A DNA stretch of 42,264 bases from Octopus bimaculoides (lineage: Eukaryota): assembly GCF_001194135.2 (NCBI RefSeq), contig NC_068997.1, positions 42,062,510 to 42,104,773 on the forward strand. The letters are read 5' to 3'. Both the position numbers and the translations under genes were made by a program. The notes below the pieces were generated by a model that saw only the letters and a program-made list of their open reading frames with translations, was not told the origin of the DNA and ran no database searches. Numbering within the stretch: the first letter of the stretch is position 1; each line of letters opens with the position of its first letter. Below, one piece after another: positions 34,723 to 42,264 of this stretch.

Positions 34723-35621
34723 ATGCGGCTGTGTGCAAGCGAGAGACTGAGAGAAGGGGGGGGGGAGATTTGTTTTATTTATGTGTATGAGAATAGTGTA
34801 TGCATGTGTGTGAGGAAAAGGAGTGGGTTTGTACGCTTGTGTGAGAAAGTGTGTGTGTGTGTATACGTGTAAGAGAGCTCGCGTGTATGTATATGCATGT
34901 ATATATGCGTGTATGTGTGCACAGTGAGTGCGTAGGCGTACATGCCAGTGTGAGTACGCATGCCTGCATCGCTGTTTCTGTGTGCCTGTCACTGTATATG
35001 CACCTGCATGTCTGTGTTCGTGACTGTTTACGTGTATTGGTCTGTGCATATATATTTGTGCTTGTACATATGTCTATCACTGTGTATGTGTGTATGAGTT
35101 CATATTGCTTTAACCATTTGTGTAAATGCGTTCGTATTTGTGTGTGCATGACTGTGTGTGCGTGTGCATGTATGTGTATGAGTGCAGTGTGATTGTGTCT
35201 GCAAACTTGTCTGTTTTTGTGAGCGTACACCTATCATTATGTGTATATGCGTATGTTTGACGCTGTGTATGTGTGCTGACTTGTCTGTTGTTGCTGTGTA
35301 TATTGTGTATGTGCATATTTGTCTGTTAGTGATTGTGTGTGTGTAAGTGTGTGTGTGTGTGCACATTTGTATATCGTTGTTTGTGTACGCATATCCGTCT
35401 GTCGGTATGTGTTAATATCTGTGCACATCTGCCGTTGTGTGTGTATGTGCGTGTGTTTGTGCGCGTGCATGTATGCATGCATATCTGTGTGTTGATATGT
35501 GAGTGAGCATGCGCGTTTGCATACATAAGTCCGTCCATGTGTGTGTGTCTGGTTATGTGTACATATGTTGCTGTGTATCTTTGTACAGTCTGCATCTATA
35601 CATATCTCACTGTAGCTTTTA

Positions 35622-35667
<46 letters not shown>

Positions 35668-35700
35668 AATGTGTGTGTGTTTGGATACGCGTGCGCGTGT
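34500..35700. repeat. Degenerate (TG)-rich cryptic microsatellite, about 1.2 kb
   Basis: Directly visible. Confidence 0.88.
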
Positions 35701-36654
35701 ATGTATTTATCTTTGGTTGTCCGTAGCTGTCTTAATAAATTCAAAAACAATTGTAGAATCTGTAGAATTAATAATAAATTTCAAAGAACTGATGAGGTGT
35801 TTCAAATTTACATATTCTGTTTCTTACCATTTATTTTATATATANNNNNNNNNNNNNNNNNNNNNNNNNNNNNNNNNNNNNNNNNNNNNNNNNNNNNNNN
35901 NNNNNNNNNNNNNNNNNNNNNNNNNNNNNNNNNNNNNNNNNNNNNNNNNNNNNNNNNNNNNNNNNNNNNNNNNNNNNNNNNNNNNNNNNNNNNNNNNNNN
36001 NNNNNNNNNNNNNNNNNNNNNNNNATATATGAATATTCCTTTTCCCATTGTTATTGCTTACATGCAGGAATAATTTGCAGGTGCAGGTGCATTTTGCAGA
36101 GTCTGATGCTTTTAGTTGTCAGAACGCAAGTGTCTAATTCAGAATTACGCAATTACAGTCTGTTATTCGAAAAACAAATAAAATAATTTTTTTAAAAAAA
36201 CTACAAGAACCTTGTCTGTGTTACGTAAGAGCTACGACTCGCATATCTTGCTAGGAAAACGTAAATACTCTCCCTCTCTATAACATATTTATCTCTCTCT
36301 CTGTCTCTATCTGTCTTACTCTCTCTCTCTCTTACCCCCTCTCTTTCGTTCTTAATACCTTTCTCTTCCTATATTTTTCTTTCTCTTTATCACACACGTA
36401 ACTAAAACACTGTTGTCATCTGTTAATCTAGTGTGTTTATTATGAGATTTGCGTACGTACGCGCGCGCGTGCGTGTGTGTGTGTGCGTACGTGCGTGTAT
36501 TCTATTACCTTCTGTTTGCACACTAACAAATGCACGCGCATATATACATGGGTGCATGCATACATACTTGCATAAATACACGCACACACACACACAGACA
36601 CATACACATATATATTACACAAGCAAGTTGACAGATAATGGGGACAGACTGACA

Positions 36655-36671
36655 TAGATAAGTAGACAAAC

Positions 36672-36738
<67 letters not shown>

Positions 36739-36790
36739 CAGATAGGTAGGTAGGTAGGTAGGTAGGTAGATAGATAGATAGATAGATAGA
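36655..36790. repeat. (GATA)n-(GGTA)n-(GATA)n compound microsatellite
   Basis: Directly visible. Confidence 0.96.
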
Positions 36791-37671
36791 CTATGCAAAC
36801 AACAGTAAGACAGGTGGAGCGACTGTAAGACAACCAAACAGATAGACTCATAGACATAAACACACACATATGCAGAAAGTGACGTAGATACAGAGTTACC
36901 CTATAAATAAATGTGTGGTAAATAACGTTTTCCTTGATAGAGAGGTTTATAAACATTAATGTCTAACTGCGTGGCAAAGATGGCTGTTCGTGAAAATAAA
37001 CCAAACCACGCAAGCTTAATGTTTGTAAGTTAGTATTTTAAGTTTTTTGTTGAGTACATCAGCACGCGTATCAGGGTCTCTGCATTCTGTCAGTGACTCA
37101 ATCGTGACTTTGTAAGTGTGTCCGGTTGATTTGTTGTTTGTGGGTCGTTAATTAACGGAACCTTTTTGCGTGTTTAGTTTATATAAACCACCACCACCAC
37201 CACCACCAACACCACCACTTTTCTTCTCTCTAACATCGAGTGTCGTGGCGGCGGCAGCAGCGGCAGTGGCTGTGGTGGTGGTGGTGGTGGTGGTGGTGGT
37301 GGTGGTGGTNNNNNNNNNNNNNNNNNNNNNNNNNNNNNNNNNNNNNNNNNNNNNNNNNNNNNNNNNNNNNNNNNNNNNNNNNNNNNNNNNNNNNNNNNNN
37401 NNNNNNNNNNNNNNNNNNNNNNNNNNNNNNNNNNNNNNNNNNNNNNNNNNNNNNNNNNNNNNNNNNNNNNNNNNNNNNNNNNNNNNNNNNNNNNNNNNNN
37501 NNNNNNNNNNNNNNNNNNNNNNNNNNNNNNNNNNNNNNNNNNNNNNNNNNNNNNNNNNNNNNNNNNNNNGGTGGTGGTTGTGTAGATAGACAGCAAGGGG
37601 AGGAGTGTAAAGCAGATAGTGAAGGGTGGTGAGAAAATTGCTCGACGAAACAAGAGGGAAAGAAATTCAAA

Positions 37672-37672
37672 G

Positions 37673-37743
<71 letters not shown>

Positions 37744-37745
37744 GA
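37672..37745. repeat. (GAAA)n microsatellite
   Basis: Directly visible. Confidence 0.96.
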
Positions 37746-37929
37746 GATAGAGAGAGGTAGAGAGAGAGTGTGTGTGTGTGTGTGTGGGAAGAGAGGGGGA
37801 AGATGAAAGAGAGGCGAAGAGAAGTGAAAGATGTGTCGAGTTAATTTGGTAACTTGGTATTGCAGAACCTAGAGACATTATGTAATATAAAAAAAACAAG
37901 TCATCATTTCACGAAAACCTATAAGTATA

Positions 37930-38340
37930 CTAAAGACAGATGATCTTTGCTTGATGCAAACATTTGCATTTTTCCCTGCACAGCATTCTATGCATATCTT
38001 GTGTGCAACATCACATGCATAGCTTTAGTGGTGCATGTAATTTGTAAAAAGCATTCTTCATCATTTAGCTGTTTTGCAGTTGTAAATATTTGAATATCTT
38101 TGGCCAATTCTATTTACAAGTAACACGATCTAAAGCAGCAAGAACTGAGTCTTCACCGTAGAATATACTATTGTTGTTAGCATGCATTTCTAAATGACTC
38201 ACTATCGTCATTCGAACAGTACAGATGTCTTTCAGATTTTTTTTAGCAGCGATGGAAGTATTTCTCGAAGCAAATCAGAACTGGTTTATAAACTATTCCC
38301 CCATTTATGAAGAGTTTGCTTATAGAACATGAAGCAAGCA
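37930..38340 (-). pseudogene. Possible decayed coding relic, perhaps of a DNA transposon
   Basis: Minus strand frameshifted GEDSVLAALDRVTCK/IELAKDIQIFTTAKQLNDEECFLQI and A.ACDV.HKIC, reminiscent of the A-x-D-x-x-(Y)H-x-x-C motif in invertebrate transposase-like proteins; from recall only. Confidence 0.3.
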
Positions 38341-38407
38341 TTGGCAAACCCCGACAGAGTTTCAGTTCGCGATTAAAACTATTTTACTTCACTTTTAGTG
38401 CTAATGA

Positions 38408-38813
38408 GTGGAGGCGCAATGGCCCAGTAGTTAGGGCAGCGGACTCGCGGTCATAGGATCGCGATTTCGATTCCCAGACCGGGCGTTGTGAGTGTTTATT
38501 GAGCGAAGACACCTAAAGCTCCTCGAGGCTCCGGCAGGGGATGGTGGCGAACCCTGCTGTATTCTTTCACCACAATTTTCTCTGACTCTTACTTCCTGTG
38601 CCTGTAATTCAAAGGGTCAGCCTTGTCACACTGTGTCACGCTGAATATCCCCGAGAACTACGTTAAAGGTACACGTGTGTGTGTGTGTGTGTGTGTGTGT
38701 CTGTGGAGTGCTCAGCCACTTGCACGTTAATTTCACGAGTAGGCTGTTCCGTTGATCGGATCAACTGGAATCCTCGACGTCGTAAGCGACGGAGTGCCAA
38801 CAACAGCAACAAC
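38408..38813 (+). mobile_element. SINE family C, full length with TSD and internal (GT)13
   Basis: GGAGGCGCAATGGCCCAGTAG head, ...GGAGTGCCAACAACAGCAACAAC tail; 9-bp TSD TGCTAATGA at 38399-38407 and 38814-38822. Confidence 0.93.
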
Positions 38814-38869
38814 TGCTAATGAATATGATCGTCCTAAAATTAGGTCATGTGTGATTAGTAAAAGAGAAA

Positions 38870-39238
38870 CTCTTTTACTTATTTCTGCGGCCATGCTGGA
38901 GCACGGCCTTTAGTCGAGCAAATCGACACCAGGACTTATTCTTTGGAAGCCTAGTTCTTATTCCATCGGTCACGTTTGCCGAACCGCTAAGTTAGGGGGA
39001 CGTAAACACACCAGCATCGGTTGTCAAGTGATGTTGGGGGAACAAACAGACACACAAACATATACACACACACATACATATATATACATATATACGACGG
39101 GCTTCTTTCAGTTTCCGTCTACCAAATCCACTCACAAGGCTTTGGTGGGCCCGAGGCTTTAGTAGAAGACACTTGCCCAATGTGCCACGCAGTGGGACTG
39201 AACCCGGAACCATGTGGTTCGTAAGCAAGCTACTTACG
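38870..39238 (-). mobile_element. SINE family B, near full length, head runs into gap 39239-39300
   Basis: Reverse complement is colinear with 31440-31810. Confidence 0.92.
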
Positions 39239-39905
39239 NNNNNNNNNNNNNNNNNNNNNNNNNNNNNNNNNNNNNNNNNNNNNNNNNNNNNNNNNNNNNN
39301 TTTTTCACATTTCTTGGGGCAAACGAAGAGCAAAATGTAAGTTCATGATGAATCGAAACCTTGACTTCAAATCTGAATTCATGCTGCTTGCAAACTTTGA
39401 GACATGTAACACAAGCGTAAAAATACCGATTCTTCCTTCCCCAAAATATAGGTTGTTTTGATTTTGATTTTTTTTTTAAATAAGACATTTTATTTGTACG
39501 TTTATAGAGACATGGGGAAAAAAGCAGTTTATGTTTCTATAAACTAAATTGATAACAGCTTTGCTGTCTTGTGGGAATACATTGCTATATGACAGACTAG
39601 AGTATGAAACTATAAATATTTTACAAAGCTATGTTAGGAGACAAGTGACGATAAATGCCTGGCTATTTCACAAAACTTAACCAGGAGAACGTGAGTAAAC
39701 ATTGCGAAAAATTGCTATGATTCAACATGAAACCAATGGTACCGCATTAACACCAATCACTCATACATACATACATACATACATACATACATACATACAT
39801 ACGTGTATGTGTGTCTGTGTGTATGTGCGTGCGTGTGTTTGTGTCTGTGTGTATGTGTGTAAATGTGTATGTGCGCACGCGCATAGTAAGTAGGTGTTTT
39901 TTTTA

Positions 39906-40312
39906 GCTTTTCTTTTACTTGTTTCAGTCATTAAATTGCGGCCATGCTGGAGCATCGCCTTTAAGGGTTTAATCAAACAAGACGGCCCCAGTTCTTATTT
40001 TTTTAAAGTCTGGTACCTTATTCTGTCAGTTACGGGGGCGTAAACAAACGTAGGTTGTCAAACAGTGGCCGGTGGGGGATACAAACGCAAAATTATACAT
40101 ACATATACACGTATATGTGTACACACACACACAACAGGTTTCCGTAGTTTCCGTATACCGAATTTAGTCGCAAGGCATAACACATTTCTCCAATAGCATA
40201 TTCCCCCTGGGCTATGGCATAACACATCCCCCCCCCCAAGATGTCATGCAGTGGGACTGATTCCGAAACCATATGGTTGCCAAGCGAGGATCCCAACCAC
40301 ACATTCATGCCT
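39906..40312 (-). mobile_element. SINE family B, older degenerate copy
   Basis: TCTTTTACTTGTTTCAGTCA...GGCCATGCTGGAGCATCGCC and CAGTGGGACTGATTCCGAAACCATATGGTTGCC. Confidence 0.8.
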
Positions 40313-40327
40313 TCACATGTGTGTATG

Positions 40328-40379
<52 letters not shown>

Positions 40380-40569
40380 ATATATGCATGTATGTATGTA
40401 TGTAAAGGACAGGCTTTGAAATTTCTAGCGAATCGAGCAGGCTCAGCTTTTACGCTTTCCTTTATAAGAGAATACTTCAGGTTTCTGCATTTTACAACCA
40501 AGTATTTAATAAACCGATTAGCAATTTTCAGAAAATAGTTAGAGTTTAATTTTATTTCCTACTGTATTA

Positions 40570-40898
40570 GTTCAACACACACCTACAGACGTGATGCAAT
40601 GTTTGTACGAATCGCTAGTGGTGTATCCTGGAGTAACTGAGTATTTCGGATCTTACTACATACATCCTCGTCCAGGCGATCGATCAAACGTAGGCTTGTG
40701 TCCAAGCGGTATTCAACTGACCCCATCGATCACCTCTTGCCAGTCAGAACCATCTTGATGTTATTTTAGCAGCTGTTCTTGATGGTTGGTCTTCTGCTCA
40801 TTCCTATAATGCCCAGTGTTCGTTCCTACATGCCTTTCTCAGAGTACGATCTACAAACCTTCGACTACCAAACTCCACTGACAAACGTCTTCTACAGT
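40570..40898 (-). mobile_element. Possible LINE (RTE/L2-like) C-terminal relic
   Basis: Minus strand frameshifted LG.IIGM/AEDQPSR...W..ARGDRWG...W resembles the LINE C-terminal W.GH..RM...P.R...RPRG...W motif. Confidence 0.35.
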
Positions 40899-41790
40899 GT
40901 AAAGAGAGGGATTGCTCAGTGCCTAAAACATCTTGCACGAGCAAAGAATATAAGTAGCGATCGTGATACACACCACAAAGAAATTATCAAGCTCAATAAC
41001 AATCTATTAAGCAACAACTACCCCAAAAACATACTATCTACTCCAATTATGAAGAAAAGAGAGTCTGTCTACCCTATATAAAAGGCCTCTCCGAAAAGAT
41101 ACAGAAGATATGCGGCCCATATGACATCAGGACAGTATTCAGGAGTAATACAACACTTCGCAAATATCTCCTTCGAGTAAAACCACCAATAGAAGAGAAT
41201 GTGACCAAAGTCAGCGGGTGCTCCATTCTATGCAGCTGTGGTAGGTTATACAAAAGCGAAAAATGACCCCACTCAAAATAAGGGTAGAGGAACATCGCAA
41301 AGCTGTGACAAGAGGAGATGTTGATAAATCGGGTATAGCTGATCATGTATGGAAAAATGGAGTCCACCTCCCCCTGTGGAATGTAGTTGAAATAATAGAC
41401 GGAGAACACCACTGGAAAATGCGAAAACTAAAAGAAGCAGCGCATATGCTAGGACACAGCAACCTTCTAAGCTGACCGAGTGTAAATATGAGTAGCATAT
41501 GGGGACCGGTATTAAGAAGGATAGGAAAATATTAGATTTATAAGCCCTAAAATTCACTCCATAATTGTCGACGGGCATATGGCGTAGCAGTTAAGAGCGC
41601 GGGTTACTAACCCCGAGTTCGATTCCAGGCAGTGTTAATAATAATAACATCGAAAAATACCTTAGGGATGAAAACCCAGGTTCGAAATTTCCCCAAGAAA
41701 CGTTGTGTTAACAACAAACAAGATGAGGACAAATATCCGTCAAATGTAAATAATGTACATAATTCCTAATCTCTTAAATACAGAACTGTA
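40895..41790 (+). mobile_element. 5'-truncated Penelope/Poseidon-type PLE (RT thumb + C-terminal GIY-YIG endonuclease + 3' region)
   Basis: VKRGIAQCL...RAKNISS...EIIKL...L..NNYP; LPYIKGLSEKIQKI...IRTVF...TLRKYL; ILCSCGRLY; PLKIRVEEHRK...SGIADHVW...W..VEIID.E.HW..RKLKEA. Frameshifts present; final stop at 41533-41535. Confidence 0.9.
41568..41634 (+). promoter_or_regulatory. tRNA-derived (tRNA-Ser-like) Pol III internal promoter module downstream of the PLE ORF
   Basis: GACGGGCATATGGCGTAGCAGTTAAGAGCGCGGGTTACTAACCCCGAGTTCGATTCC: A-box-like TGGCGTAGCAG (41580-41590), arm GGGTT-ACT-AACCC, B box GAGTTCGATTCC (41615-41626). Not a complete tRNA. Confidence 0.7.
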
Positions 41791-41807
41791 TTAAAAGAAT
41801 ATATTTA

Positions 41808-42005
41808 TGTCTTTTATCTTTTACTTCTTTCAATCATTTGACTGCGGCCTTGTTGGGGCACCGCCTTGAAGAATTTTTAATCGAATGAATCGATTTCAGG
41901 ACTTTTTTTCAAGCCTGGTACTTATTCTATTGGTCACTTTTGCCGAACCGCTAAGTTAGAGGGACGTAAACATACCAACAACAGTTGTCAAGAAGTAGTG
42001 GAGGG
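41808..42005 (-). mobile_element. SINE family B, 3' half
   Basis: CTTTTATCTTTTACTTCTTTCAATCATTTGACTGCGGCC...TGCCGAACCGCTAAGTT. Confidence 0.85.
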
Positions 42006-42264
42006 CAAACGCAACCCCAATGATACACATGCGCGCGCACACACACACACACACATTAGAAGCAAAAGGACAACAAAAACCTAGGCAGGACGAGTATCTC
42101 GCGGTAAATCCAGGCACTATTTTGAATGATGCGTTCAACTTGGAGTATTGAGTTAAGTGGTTAGCTAGTATGTAAATGGTCCACGTGGGTATATAGAGTG
42201 AGAAAGACAGACATCAAGATAGACAGAAATGGGTTGTGAGTGAATGGATAGAAGAGAGAGGAGA

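Noticed and set aside
41473-41475. In-frame TGA in the PLE endonuclease region as possible selenocysteine (reported for some Naiad PLEs)
   Set aside because: It falls in an S-x-P-S context where Arg rather than Cys is expected; the element has a C-terminal, not N-terminal, GIY-YIG; the copy has other frameshifts; no SECIS was recognised
41568-41634. Functional tRNA gene
   Set aside because: No acceptor-stem pairing and a truncated variable/T-arm region; treated as a tRNA-derived module. The same applies to the heads of SINEs A-D.

Overview
Eukaryotic, AT-rich, gap-ridden draft-assembly DNA (13 N-gaps, most flanked by microsatellites). I found no convincing host protein-coding exon; almost every entry in the ORF track is a translated microsatellite or N-run. 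The window is a repeat mosaic typical of a cephalopod. Octopus is my inference from recalled SINE families and the extreme microsatellite load; it was not checked against a database. It contains several tRNA-derived or SINE-like families (called A-E here), a decayed APE-type LINE (7880-9850, minus), and two fragments of an R4/Dong-like restriction-like-endonuclease LINE (26644-28467 plus; 20440-20820 minus). It also has Penelope-like element (PLE) fragments (about 40895-41790, 21694-21804, and a probable terminal-repeat relic at 9-175), mariner and hAT relics, two Helentron-type non-autonomous elements, an interstitial (TTAGGG)n tract and a 44-bp minisatellite. Most notable: (i) a near-complete minimal type I hammerhead-ribozyme fold at 100-137 (minus); (ii) a PLE whose GIY-YIG ORF is followed by a tRNA-Ser-like Pol III promoter and hammerhead-like relics; (iii) head-to-tail SINE stacks suggesting insertion at the heads of existing copies; (iv) R4-like LINE ends abutting (CATA)n microsatellites; (v) Helentron-like elements sitting at the tails of one SINE family.
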